64,000 nucleotides of DNA from Octopus sinensis (GCF_006345805.1 NC_043002.1:79236001-79300000); one strand, 5' to 3'; counted from the first letter of the stretch, positions 25,555-39,117 are shown. Notes: a model not told the origin generated them from the letters alone. Program-made: numbers and translations.

Positions 25555-26791
25555 CTAAAAATAAATTAATAAATAAATATAACATATGCATATACCATAC
25601 ATATATGTACGTAACTACCTCTACATGTATATGTACATGCATATATGGGAACAGGACGCCAAAAACAAAAACGTCGAATACAATGAGAAACGAAAACATA
25701 AACACAAAACCAAGGAAATGGACATTTTTCTTAAACAACGGAAAAATAGAGTACAGGACATACACTACAAGGAAAATTCCCCTTCTTCAGTCGCCTTTGT
25801 TTCATCTACTCCGCGTTTCGAAGGTCAAGGCGAGACACGACTCTAATGAAACATTCCTTCCCGCGAAAAGCAAATTAAATATGTATATATATGTATATAT
25901 AGGTATATATATACATATATATATATATCGCGATAGGTCCTTATTATTGGGTTCGTTTCAAAACAGACTATTACATCATTGGTACTGTTGTACAATATGG
26001 AAAATATAGCATTAACGTCCCCCAAATGTTATTAACACACACTCTACTAAAACCACGAAATGTATGCCCGATACATATAAAAATACATCCACATACCATT
26101 ACATTCAGTCCCATATACACACTTACACAATAACACACATAAAATCACTTAGAAAAGAAATACATACACACACATACACGAAGCCTCATACACAAAGAGA
26201 CACACACTCACACTGCAGCCAAAGAATAGATATGTTTAGTGTGGAGAGTAAACGCCACCTGTCACCGCAGCTTCAAAGTGATTCGACTTCTATCAAGTGA
26301 TGTCGGTTTCAGATATTAAAGACAGCACTTTGATTGTGACAGATGCTTTAAGCCAAGTTTCGCGGTGGCGACTGTTTCCTTCGTTTGTAACATGCCTGAA
26401 CAAGCCTTGCGTATGTTTTATGTACTCTTAGACCTTCACACACATACTCTTGTATGTATGTATGTATGTATGTATGTATGTATGTATGTATGTATGTATG
26501 TATGCATGCATGCATGCATGCATGTTGTTAAATGTATGTATGTATGTATGTATGTATGTATGTATGCATGCATGCATGTATGTATGTATGAATGTAATGT
26601 ATGTATATATATCTATATATATATATATATTATATATATATATAGTATATATATATATATAAATTATGTATATATTTATTATTGTTAATATATACATATA
26701 TAATATGCATATATGTGTGTGTGTATGTATGTGTGAGTATCAAAAATATTATGTATGTATATGTATATATATATATTATATATATGTATAT

Positions 26792-26825
<34 letters not shown>

Positions 26826-27139
26826 TGTATGTATGTATGTATGTAGCTATCTATCTATCTATCTATTTATCTATCTCTCTCTCTCTCTATATATATATGG
26901 TAAAATGCGAAAGATTTATCCACTCAATATGAGGGGAATATGTTGTGTGTGTGTGTGTGTGTGTGCATGTGCAAGTTGTTGGTAATGATCCGGATGTGTA
27001 CTCAATACAAATGTGGAGTTCAATATATGCAAGTCTCTCCAGCGGATTGTTACTCTGAATCGGCACACACTCACACAATCATACACACGTTGTATACTGC
27101 TCCGTTATCAGTGGGATCCATAAAAAAATATTCCACCCA

Positions 27140-27712
27140 GCGAGAGATATTCCTTAATATATACACAGCATATAAATGCAACCGACTACCATGCTCCAGA
27201 TTGTACAGTAGTTAGACGAGCTTGTATAGTGTGCCGAGTAGTATCGGGCATTCTTTCAGGCTGAAAATACAACATGGATGCTCACTGAGAAACAAAGGAA
27301 GAATGGGAAAGAATAGGAGAAAAAGGTTTAATGAAAAAGTTAATGAGAAAAAAACCGTGCAGAGAAAAAACCATGGAGGGCTTGTTTAAGTCACTTAAAA
27401 CGGGAATTGTCAACGGGCGAAGTTGATTCGGCGGGGAAAGATTAAAGTTTGTGAGACTGTATGCTTAATCTGGACAGGGCGGTGTTTTCCAGTTCTATAA
27501 TAGAAACTTAATCAGATGGTTGCATTTAGTGAAAATTTCGAATCTACAATTCTGTAGGTCAGTGGATTTCTTAGATTTACAAAGGATATGACTTCTTTCG
27601 GCTATACACAGCCTGCACGTCCCTGACTGATTAACATAAGGCGTAGATCGTTCTGCGACGTCCCAATTAGTGGTGTTTGGAATATCGTTGGCTTTCAGGT
27701 CCCAGATATCTA
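27140..27712 (-). mobile_element. PLE 3' fragment (GIY-YIG C-terminus plus UTR)
   Basis: IWDLKANDIPNTTNWDVAERSTPYVNQSGTCRLCIAERSHIL..NCRFEIFTKCNH, same pattern as 15050-15240. Confidence 0.8.
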
Positions 27713-28132
27713 TGTACACACACACACAACACACACACACACACACGCACACACACACACACACACGCACACACACACACACACACACACATTCACACAC
27801 ACCACACATTCACACACACATTGATATATATGCAAATATATATTTAAAGGAGATATGTAATGTATATATATATATATACATATGTATCTATACGCACATA
27901 CATATGTATATATATGTATATATATATATATTATATATATATATATACATATAAAGGGAGAGAGATAAATACACAAATAGAAGGTATTCTTTACAAACTA
28001 ATGAAAGAACTAATATTGAGTTGATATTTATAAGGAATTATTTGATGATTTCGGTGCTATTCGGAACTGAAGTTGTCAACAATGTATAAATGCAGGTATG
28101 TGTATATGTATCTATGTATATACTTATGTATG

Positions 28133-28166
<34 letters not shown>

Positions 28167-29354
28167 TGTATGTATGTATGTATGTATGTATGTATGTATG
28201 CATGTATGTATGTATGTGTATGTATGCGTGTATGTATATTTATGTGTGTACGTGTGCGCGCGTGTGTATTTGCGTGATTATGTGCATGTATGGAATGTGT
28301 ATGTATATATATATATATACGTAGGTATATGCGTTATGTGTATATATGGAATACATGTGAATATGCATGTCAATCTATATATGTAGATGCATATGTTATT
28401 TAACCGTATGGATACACATTTATGATGTGTATATGAGCAAATACACATGCACACACACATATAATATATGATAAACATGAATTTGTGTATGTCTCTATGT
28501 GTGTATATATACGTATGTTCATGTATATGTATTATGTACGCTTGTGTATGTATGTATGCATGCATGTATGTATGTATGTATGTATGTATGTATGTATGTA
28601 TGTATGTATGTGTGTGTGTATGTATGTATGTATGCATGCATGTATGTATGTATGTATGGTATGTATGTATGTATGTATGTATGTATGTATGTATGTATGT
28701 ATGTATAGGTATGTAAGTATGTGTCTATGTAAGTGTAAGTATGTGTGATTCAACAGCACAACTGTACTTGTTCGGCACGATGTCAAAGGAATTCTTATAC
28801 ACCAAAACCGAAGACGACAAACCACCAACACCATTTCAGCGTCGTGCCATCACATTCATACTATCAACATCGTCGTCATCGTCCTCACCTTCCCCATCAT
28901 CATCATCATCATCATCATCATCGTCGCCATCGTCGTCATCATCATTATCATCATCACCATCTTCGTCATCATCGTCGTCATCATCATCATCATCGTCATC
29001 GTCATCATCATCGTCATCATCATCATCATCATGACCATCACGGCTGCTACAAACGATAACGTACATGGCAACCGCCAACGTATCCTCCATCACCATCCTC
29101 TCAACACTGTCATGAACGCCACCACCTCCGACACCAGCAGCACCGTCAATAACACCATCGCTACTAAACGTCGGCGAAACCATCAAACCAAAACACACAC
29201 ACACACACACACCACCACCACCACCACCACAACCACCACCACCAAAGCTAAGCAATGCCATCATCACCAAATCTTCCAAGCCCCCACCACATTTTCCAGT
29301 TTACAACCACCAGCATCACCACGACCTCCATCCCCATCTCCACCAACACCTACT

Positions 29355-29426
<72 letters not shown>

Positions 29427-30426
29427 GCTACTGCTGCTAGTAACGGACGTGGTCGTGGCTGCGGTTGTAGTTGTGGTTGTGGGAGATACGGCATTCTCAT
29501 GTCAACTTTGAAAGTTGTCCGCAGAACGCCTATCAGCAAATTGCCTTTTTAAGATCAAAGAGAAGAGTGAGGAGGAGGCGGAGGAAACGGAGATAGTATC
29601 TGAAAGAAGTTTTCGGATATATTTCGGCAGATTTCGGCGTTACTGCTTGATCAAACGGAACTTTAAACAGGACCAAAGTTAGAAAGCCACTTACTAACTT
29701 CTAGGCAGCGTCGTAGCAGAAGGAGGAGGAGAAGAAGAAGAGGAAGAAGTAGAAGTAGAAGAAGAAGAAGAAGAAAAAGGAAAGGTCGGAAGGAAGAAGG
29801 GGAAGAAGAACAGAGAGAAAGAAGAAAAAGGAGAAGAAAAATATGCAAGCGACTAAAAAGAAATGTAAAAGAAGATGAGGAAGAAAACGGAGATGGTAAA
29901 TGGGATGTATAAATTTTGGCGTTTTGGAAAATGTCTGGCGTTATTGAGGTATGTATGTATGTATGTATGTATGTATGTATGTATGTATGTATGTATGTAT
30001 GTATGTATGTATTTATGTGTACGCATACATAAGAAAATATATTTGCATATATATTTATAAATGTTTATATATATATGTGTGTGTGTGTATATATATATAT
30101 TGTGTGTGTATATGTTTATGTATGTATATATATTTGTGTGTGTATATATATTGTATATGTATGTATGTGTACGCATACATAAGTAAATATATTTATGTAT
30201 ATATATTTATATATGCATATATATCCGTGTGTGAGTGTATGGGTGTATGTGAGTATATATATATTGTGTGTGTATATGAATATGTATGTATATTTCTATA
30301 TTTATATATGTATGTGTGTGTGTATGTGGATATATATATTATATATATATATATATGAGTATGTGTATGAATATGTATATATATCGTATATGTATGTATG
30401 TATTCATATACATATATATATATATC

Positions 30427-30735
30427 AATCAAAATAAGCAACAAGGATATCCAGAGGTAATGCAGTACGATCGTTTCATGTAACTCCATTTATTTAAACA
30501 ATACAATTATTACATCAATTTAAAATGCAGAGCAATCTTCAGCTGGACAAAGACTGAATTTAATTAAATTAGAACAGTGTCCATCTCTTCTAATTTAATT
30601 AAATTCTGTCTTTGTGCACCTGAAGATTGCTATTCATTTTAAATTGCTGTAATAATTGCATTATTTAATTAAATGGAGGTGCATGAAACGATCGTATTGC
30701 ATTACCTCTGGATATCCTTGTTGCTTATTTTGATT
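30427..30735. repeat. 148-bp imperfect inverted repeat (inverted pLTR-like), hammerhead motif in each arm
   Basis: Arms 30427-30574 / 30588-30735; CUGAAGA...GAAA-CGAUCG-UA on + (30615-30701) and - (30461-30547). Confidence 0.85.
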
Positions 30736-30871
30736 TTAATTACCTTACTTTGAAATTGTAGGGATAATACCGTACTAAATTCTGGTGCCTCAACTTAAGT
30801 ACAATATTCATCTGAATCTAAATTTTTTGCTGAACATACATACATACATACATACACATACATACATACAT

Positions 30872-30923
<52 letters not shown>

Positions 30924-31005
30924 ATATATATTTGTGTTCCTGTCCCACTTTGTATTTCTTTTATATATAATATATATATAATAATACTATAAATATATAT
31001 ATATA

Positions 31006-31055
<50 letters not shown>

Positions 31056-31062
31056 ATATATA

Positions 31063-31101
<39 letters not shown>

Positions 31102-31102
31102 T

Positions 31103-31325
31103 ACAATTAATAAATGAGGGCAAGGAAAAATTTCTAATAGGCTCTTAGTAGTTAACTCTGAAATCGGTCCGATATGGTAATAATGGAATTTTTTGAGAAT
31201 TTCTGTCGCCTTTTTTCGAGTAGCGCGCGTATTGTGAAAAAATAATATGGTTAATGGACAATATGTCCAATTTTTCGGCATATTTGGCATTAGAATTTTT
31301 TCCTTTGCCCTCATTTATTAACTGT
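31103..31325. repeat. Element with ~36-bp terminal inverted repeats next to (TA)n
   Basis: ACAATTAATAAATGAGGGCAAGGAAAAATTTCTAAT / ATTAGAATTTTTTCCTTTGCCCTCATTTATTAACTGT. Confidence 0.7.
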
Positions 31326-31489
31326 TTATAAATTTAACCGTTAAAGGTATTTTTTAATATGCTGGCCATTGATAAAGTTTTTTTTCGAGAAAATATTTTT
31401 TTTCGAAAAGATTTTATCCTCACATTTGATATATATTATAATATTATATATATATATATTATAAATATATATATATATATATATATAAC

Positions 31490-31853
31490 GCCGGGCATTG
31501 TCATTACTCTTCTGTTCATTTTCTTCACCCGCGTTTCTCTTGTTGTCCTTGGTGATTGAAGGATTTGATGTTACTGCCCTCGTTTGTGTTTTTGGCATTG
31601 ACGCAGGTTTAATCCGTGATTTCAGTTATCCGGGTATTTGTAGGATACATTCATATTTTCTCTGCTCCATGCAGATCTGTCAGGTTTCTCACTAGGGTAC
31701 TTGAGACACTGTGGGCTTTAGAACCTTACGCTGTTGCTGAATTCAAGAAAAAGCGGGTTTGGGCTGAGCCCTTCAGCACTATTCTGTGGCGGGCATTCAA
31801 GATTGGTTTAGCTCTCAATACCAAAATTTGGCGCTCGCCTTTCCAGAATTTTC
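31490..31853 (-). mobile_element. Probable decayed PLE internal fragment
   Basis: PNPLFLEFSNSVR...SRENMNVSYKYPDN resembles PLE WFNPPFS..NRNTVKVSYSC..N; many stops. Confidence 0.45.
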
Positions 31854-31949
31854 ATATACACATGTATGTATGTATGTATGTATGTATGTATGTATGTATG
31901 TATGTATGTATGTATGTATGTATGTATGTATGTGCGCGTGAGTGTCTGT

Positions 31950-32357
31950 CTTACTCTTTAACTTGTTTCAGTCATTTGACTGCGGCCATGCTGGAGTACC
32001 GCCTTTAGTCGAGCAAATCGACCCTGGGACTTATTCTTTGTAAGCCCAGTACTTATTCTATCGGTCTCTTTTGCCGAACCGCTAAGTGACGGGGACGTAA
32101 ACACACCAGCATCGGTTGTCAAGCGATGGTCGAGGGACAAACACAGACACATAAACATATACATTCACATACATACATATATATACATATATACGACAGG
32201 CTTTTTCAGTTTCCGTCTACCAAATCCACTCACAAGGCATTGGTCGGCCCGAGGCTATAGCAGAAGACACTTGCCCAAGATGCCACGCAGTGAGACTGAA
32301 CACAGAACCATGTGGTTGGTTGGCAAGCTACTTACCACACAGCCATTCCTGCGCCTA
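31950..32357 (-). mobile_element. SINE family B, full length
   Basis: Match with 25069-25488. Confidence 0.9.
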
Positions 32358-32359
32358 TA

Positions 32360-32687
32360 TTCTCTATTTTTAATTTAGAGATTATTTTGACTTGCCACCT
32401 GCTTGATAGGAAGGCTGTGAACGAAAGCATATTGTTTTGTTCTTCATCCTTTAAATCTTGATTTATTGCAGATTTTTATTGTCTCAGATATCGCGATCAT
32501 TTGTAGCGTATGCATCAGGGAGTTGCATTCTCTCCTCAACAACACAAGATTAGTCTTATATTGTTCCGGGCAGACTGGTATAGAACCTGCTACTCCAATG
32601 ATAATAGGTATGAAACTGAAAGAGTATCTTGGGTACAGGACTCCTTATCAATGGTCCTTAGACATTTTCTTTCTCCTATATTTTTCT
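32360..32687 (-). mobile_element. Old R4/Dong-like (REL endonuclease) retrotransposon 3' end
   Basis: EKENV*GPLIR/LYPRYSFSFIPIIIGVAGSIPVC...LQMIAISETIKIC, aligning with the 33473 ORF tail. Confidence 0.6.
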
Positions 32688-32829
32688 GAATCCAGGTAAA
32701 AAGTCACAGGAAAAAAGTCACGGTAATAAAGTCACAGGAAAAAGTCGCAGGGGTTTTATCCGGTGTGTGTCCGTGTGTGTGTCCGTGTGTGTGTCCGTGT
32801 GTGTGTCCGAGGGTGTTTGTCCAGATCCC
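32688..32829. repeat. DNA-transposon-like end with subterminal repeats
   Basis: AAAAGTCACAGG-like motif x4 then (GTGTGTGTCC)x~4. Confidence 0.5.
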
Positions 32830-32975
32830 ATTAATTAATTGTGACTTTATTAAAGTAAAGATTGGAGGCGCGCGGAATTCGAATGGTGAGACAAACTTTC
32901 AGTTTTAATTTTTAAAAAAATCATCGTTTCTACATGTACTGAACACTCGTTTCTCGTTCGCTCGACTTTAAAGAA

Positions 32976-33064
<89 letters not shown>

Positions 33065-33113
33065 GTCTGTCTTTTCATGCATATAAATATGCGTGTGTGT
33101 ATGCACGAGTGTG

Positions 33114-33145
<32 letters not shown>

Positions 33146-33271
33146 TGTATGTATGTATGTATGTATGTATGTATGTATGTATGTATGTATGTACGTACGT
33201 ATGTATGTCTGTATGTATGTGTATGTATGCATGTATGTGTGTGTATGTATGTATGCATGTACGTATGTATA

Positions 33272-33634
33272 CGTCATTATTCAGTTATATTTCAAGATTT
33301 CTTACCAATAGAGCAAGAGTCTGTGTCTAACCTAGATCTAAGGCTTCTTCATTGGAATTTCAACAGCATCAACAGAATATATATGTATGTATATATGTGC
33401 AGATTTGTATGTTTTGTGTTATGTATGTATTCTCATGCATATATTTACATATCTAGACATACTCATATATACTTAAATGATAAACTTCTGGAAAGTTTTA
33501 CAAATTTTTACAGTTCCAGTGATGGATTGGATCTGTAGTCTTTGAATCAGCTTTTTCCTTTCTGGTTTTGAGAAGCCTAATTTCTCAAGATTGGTATTTA
33601 GGCAGTGTGTTACATATTCCAGTGCCTCAATAAT
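33272..33634 (-). mobile_element. R4/Dong-like retrotransposon 3' end inside (ATGT)n
   Basis: IIEALEYVTHCLNTNLEKLGF..LQIQSITGTVKICKTF* resembles R4/Dong IGALG...LQ...GT..I; ~200-bp UTR; (ATGT)n both sides. Confidence 0.65.
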
Positions 33635-33994
33635 ATGTGTGTGTGCGTGCGTGCGTGTATGTATGTATGTACGTCTGTATGTATGTATGTATGTATGTAT
33701 GTATACGTGTATGCATGTATGTATGTATGTATGTATGTATGTATGTATGAATGTATGCGTGTATGTATGTATGTATGCATGTATGCGTGTATGCATGTAT
33801 GTATGTATGTATGTATGTATGTATGTATGTATGTATGTATGTATATATGAATGTATGTATGTATGAATGTATGTATGTATGTGTGTATGTATATATATAT
33901 GTGGTTGTTTATGTATGTATATTTGTATATATGCGTGTGATATCTAAATCAAATTAAAAATGAATGGATTTAAAGTGAACGGAAATAAAGTTAC

Positions 33995-34014
33995 AGTTCA
34001 GAGGTCAGAGGTCA
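33995..34014 (+). promoter_or_regulatory. Candidate nuclear-receptor element, three half-sites at DR1 spacing
   Basis: AGTTCA-G-AGGTCA-G-AGGTCA; motif match only. Confidence 0.3.
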
Positions 34015-34389
34015 GATGAAAATGTGACTTTTCATTGAAATTCTTTAATTAATAGTTAAGGTAATTAAATAAATAATATTTGAAGTCTTTTATTAACTGA
34101 CAATACATATCTTGTACAAACACAATGTCATTATATATAAATATAACGACATTACACGTATATGGAAGAAAAATACGTTTTATTTATTACATCTTATGTA
34201 AACAATGACGCAAAATAGACATTAAATCTCGTATTTGTTGATGTAGGAAGCAATAAATATATTGGGAACAATTCCCATAATATCGTGGCTGTATATTAAG
34301 TTTTCGTTATTGGCGTCGGAAGCAGTGTTATTTCAAAATAACATTCTGTGTATATTAATTAACCTGTATATACTGTATATACTGTGGAA

Positions 34390-35116
34390 CGTCATAAAAC
34401 TGTGGTATTCGTTTCAAGAAAGTATTTCGTGTAGTGTTAAAAAGCACAGAAGAATATCAGTCAAAGACGAAAAGCGTCCAGTAATAGAAGTTGAGTCTCA
34501 CAGCATGTTGTTGTTGTTAGTGGATGCATGCTAGATATGACCTGCAACTACGCAGAAATCTTGATCTAGCAATTCCATCGCTCATGCTGGACGATCTTCG
34601 TCTGCTACTGTGCTCTTTAGCACTATATATCTGTGCTAGATGCTGTCTTGAGACGAAAAACACAGTTGTGTGGTGTTCTACAGTATATGTCCACGTTATT
34701 TATGTAAGATATGGAGAACAGTGTTCTTTTTTTCATTTTACTTCTTTCAGTCATCGTCATAAAACTGTGGTATTCGTTTCAAGAAAGTATTTCGTGTAGT
34801 GTTAAAAAGCACAGAAGAATATCAGTCAAAGACGAAAAGCGTCCAGTAATAGAAGTTGAGTCTCACAGCATGCTGTTGTTAGTGGATGCATGCTAGATAT
34901 GACCTGCAAATACGCAGAAATCTTGATCTAGCAATTCCATCGCCCAAGCTGGACGATCTTCGTCTGCTACTGTGCTCTTTAGCACTATATATCTGTACTA
35001 GATGCTGTCTTGAGACGAAAAACACAGTTGCGTGGCGTTCTACAGTATATGTCCACGTTATTTATGTAAGATATGGAGTACAGTGTTCTTTTTTTTATTT
35101 TACTTCTTTCAGTCAT
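34390..35116 (+). repeat. Tandem duplication, 365-bp period
   Basis: 34390-34754 and 34755-35116 nearly identical; GTCAT microhomology at junction. Confidence 0.95.
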
Positions 35117-35501
35117 CTTGACTGTGGCCATGCTAGAGCACCATCTTTAGTCGAATAAATCGACCCCAGGACTTATTCTTTGTAAGCCTAGTACTTATTC
35201 TATCGGTCACTTTTGCCGAGCCGCTACGTTACGGGGACGTAAACACACCAGCATCAGTTATCAAGCGATGGTAGGAGGACAAACACAGACACACAAATAC
35301 ATACATACACACACACAAATACATACACACATACACGCACACACATATGACGGGCTTCTTTCAGCTTCCGTCTACCAAATCCACTCGCAAGGTTTTGGTC
35401 GGCCCGAGGATATAGTAGAAGACACTTGCCCAAAGTGCCACTCTGTCGGACTGAACCCCGAATCATACGGTAAGGAAGCAAGCCTCTTACCACACAACCA
35501 C
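35095..35501 (-). mobile_element. SINE family B
   Basis: Match with family B. Confidence 0.85.
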
Positions 35502-35526
35502 TAAAATGTCATCGCTATATTCAGTT

Positions 35527-35784
35527 AAAATTAGAGCCCGTAATGATTTGTCTCGACGTTTCGTATACGAACACGTCTATGTAAACAATTCGATCGAAGA
35601 TAGAAAATAGGTTAATGGGTTGGATGTGGTGCTCAAGAAGGAGGAAGACCTCCTGAAATATGCACATAAATATGAAAGAGGGCAAGTAAAAGACTTAGCA
35701 TTTATTTTCTATATTCAATCGCATTGTTTGCACAGACGTATTCGTATACGAAACATCATAACAAATTAGCGCTGGCTCTGATTT
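35527..35784. mobile_element. MITE-like fold-back, ~90-bp diverged arms
   Basis: GTTTCGTATACGAACACGTCTATGTAAACAAT..TAGAAAATA / TATTTTCTA..ATTGTTTGCACAGACGTATTCGTATACGAAAC. Confidence 0.7.
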
Positions 35785-36396
35785 CTATAGAATTTCTATG
35801 GAACTATCTGCTGAGATAGTTCTAAAAGAAGGTGAATTAATAGCACTGCTAACACAGGTAGGACACAGTTCTTGACTTATAAGCGTTTAATGTACTTGGT
35901 AGTATATTATGATTGCATGATGAAATATGGTGTCCCTATCAGTAATTAATATGTATATTGTTATTAGGGTTGACGATTAAATCAATTCTTTAACCGTTGC
36001 CGCACAGAAATTCCATAATAGCCTTGTGATCTTACTGTCGCGTAACATTCAAGTTGTCAAGACATTGATGTAGCAGTATATGGCATCTAAGAATTCTTCA
36101 TTGAGATCCGTTGTTAAGAGGATCCTGTTTGAGAATGGTACTCACTGTGGGTTCTTCAAGCTGAAATTATTCAAGGATGCCCGAAACAGAGAGTCACCAG
36201 CGACTGACGAGGTTATAGATTTCGTTGTTCTCCTCTTCACAGATGTTGCTGTTACATGGAATGTGATCATTGGTAGTACGATGCACATTCTACAAATTGT
36301 GCGATTTTTCTATTCGTTAGGATATCACTGGTCATAGCAAATTGTGCTGATTCAGTCGAAAGGATCTGTGAAGAATATGAACGATAAAATGTATGG

Positions 36397-36516
<120 letters not shown>

Positions 36517-36709
36517 ACACACACACACACACACACACATAAGAAAACAGGAAAAACAGTAAATTGGATTCGAACGCAAAAATTAAAAACAATGCAGGGA
36601 ATATTTTTCGTACACTAAAGCTAAATTTGCAAAACGCTCACCATGCACATTCCCACCCCACCCTCGCACATAAAAACACATATACATAGGCACACACACA
36701 CACACACAC

Positions 36710-36749
<40 letters not shown>

Positions 36750-36920
36750 CAGACAGACAGACATACACATACACACAAGTCGACACACACACAGGCACAC
36801 ATATAGGTACACACATATACAAAAACACACACACACTGGTCCGCGCGCATACATACGCACAGGTCCGCATACACACACAAGCTCTCTATCTCTTTCTTTC
36901 TCTCTCAAACATATGCACAC

Positions 36921-36956
<36 letters not shown>

Positions 36957-36977
36957 GCACAAACATGATGTTCATCT

Positions 36978-37590
36978 ATCAGTTTCCGTCTACTAAATTC
37001 TCTAACAAGGCTTTTATCGGCTCGTGGTTGTAGTCGAAGACACTTGTCCAAGATGCCACGTTATGGGACTGAACCCAGAACCATGTGGTTAGGAAAACAA
37101 ATTCTTACCACACAACCACGACTGGGCCTATGTATATATATATTCTCTTTCTCTTTTACTTGTTTCAGTCATTTGACTGCGGCCATGCTGGAGCACCGCC
37201 TTTAATCGAGTAACTCGACCCCGGGACTTATTCTTTGTAAGCCCAGTACTTATTCTATCGGTCTCTTTTTTGCCGAACCGCTAAGTGACGGGGACGTAAA
37301 CACACCAGCATCGGTTGTCAAGCAATGCTAGGGGAACAAACACAGACACACAAACAAACACATATATATATATATACATATATACGACAGGCTTCTTTCA
37401 GTTTCCGTCTACCAAATCCACTCACAAGGCATTGGTCGGCCCGGGGCTATAGCAGAAGACACTTGCCCAAGATGCCACGCAGTGGGACTGAACCCGGAAC
37501 CATGTGGTTGGTTAGCAAGCTACTTACCACACAGCCACTCCTGCGCCTATATAGCCACTCCTGCGCCTATATGGCCACTCCTGCGCCTAT
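36978..37590 (-). mobile_element. SINE B 5' half plus full SINE B with triplicated 20-bp head
   Basis: 36978-37130 and 37144-37549; GCCACTCCTGCGCCTATA x3 at 37533-37590. Confidence 0.85.
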
Positions 37591-37648
37591 ATATATATAT
37601 ATATATATATATGCATATGGACATATGGACATATATACGTATCTATCA

Positions 37649-37739
<91 letters not shown>

Positions 37740-37803
37740 AATCGATATACGTATGCATGTGTGTGTGTGTGTGTGTGTCAATGTACATACATACTTACAT
37801 ACT

Positions 37804-38578
37804 TTCCTTTCTACTATAGGTACAAGGCCTGAAATTTTGGGGGAAGGGCAAGTTGATTACATTGACCCCAGTACTCAACTGCTACTTAATTTATCGACCC
37901 CGAAACGATGAAAGGTAAAGTCGACTTCAGCGGAATTTGAACTCAGATCATAGTGGCACACGAAATACCGCTAAGCATTTCGCCCGGCGTGCTAAGGATT
38001 CTTATTTCTTTACTGCCCACAAGGGGCTACACACAGAGGGAACAAACAAAGGACAAACAAACTGGTACTTATTTCATCGAACCCGAAAGGATGAAAGGCA
38101 AAGTCGACCTCGGCGGAATTTGAACTCAGAACGTAGCGGCAGACGAAATACCTATTTCTTTACTAGCCACAAGGGGCTAAACACAGAGAGGACAAACAAG
38201 GACAGACAAACGGTAAAGTCGATTACATCGATCCCAGTGTGGTACTTAATTTATCGACCACGAAAGGATTAAAGGCAAAGTCGACCTCGGCGGAATTTGA
38301 ACTCAGAACGTAACGGCAGACGAAATACCGCTAGGCATTTCGCCCGGCGTGCTAAGTATTCTTATTTATTTACTGTCCAAAATGGGCTACACAGAGGTGA
38401 CAAACGGATTAAGTCAATTATATCGACTCCAGTACACAACTGGAACTTAATTTATCGACCCCGAAAGGATGAAAGGCAAAGTCGACCTCGGCGGAATTTG
38501 AACTCAGAACGTAGCGGCAGACGAAACACCGCTAAGCATTTCGCCCGGCGTGCTAACGATTCTGCCTGCTCGCCGCCT
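37804..38578 (-). mobile_element. Head-to-tail array of four SINE A units
   Basis: AAAGTCGAC..GCGGAATTTGAACTCAGA at ~37917, 38100, 38277, 38478. Confidence 0.85.
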
Positions 38579-39117
38579 TTACATACTTAATATATACTTA
38601 CATACTTAAATCCCTCCGTACAAACATACATAGATGTGTGTTTGTGTGAAGTCAGGTGAGTGTGTATGGATATACGTACGTAGATATGTACAGATCCATC
38701 GCTAAGCATGTTTGTGCATAGTATATGCTTGACAGTTTTCTCTGTATCAGGTTTTAATGATAATTTTTTTTCTGTTCTTCTTTCTCCGTTCTCCTATAGT
38801 ATTACTACAACAAAATACACTGAAAGAATCCGCTTAATTCTCCTGACATTATTTCACATACTGAAAAAGGTAGGGGAAAAATCAAAGTTAAGAAATATTA
38901 GAAACTTTAACTTTATGTTTCGTTTCAGCAGCTGTATCTTTAGCTGGTTCTATAGTTGAATCAAATAGAGCGATTTATAAAGAGAGACAAGCAATTTCGT
39001 TCCTTTAAATTTGATACTGATGAACATATCAACCTCAACATGTCAGAAAGTGTTGCTTAATCTACCAATTATATCAAAAATGATTACGCATAACATTTTA
39101 ACTTTTTAAACATTTAA

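Noticed and set aside
25770-25830. Permuted hammerhead on minus strand (GAAACGCG...CUGAAGA)
   Set aside because: No UH cleavage site and no convincing helix I.
27200-27295. Second G3:C8-type core (GUGAGCA, minus) in PLE UTR
   Set aside because: No matching helix III or helix I partner found.
36070-36390. piggyBac-like transposase remnant
   Set aside because: Only vague motif resemblance; cannot be supported by eye.
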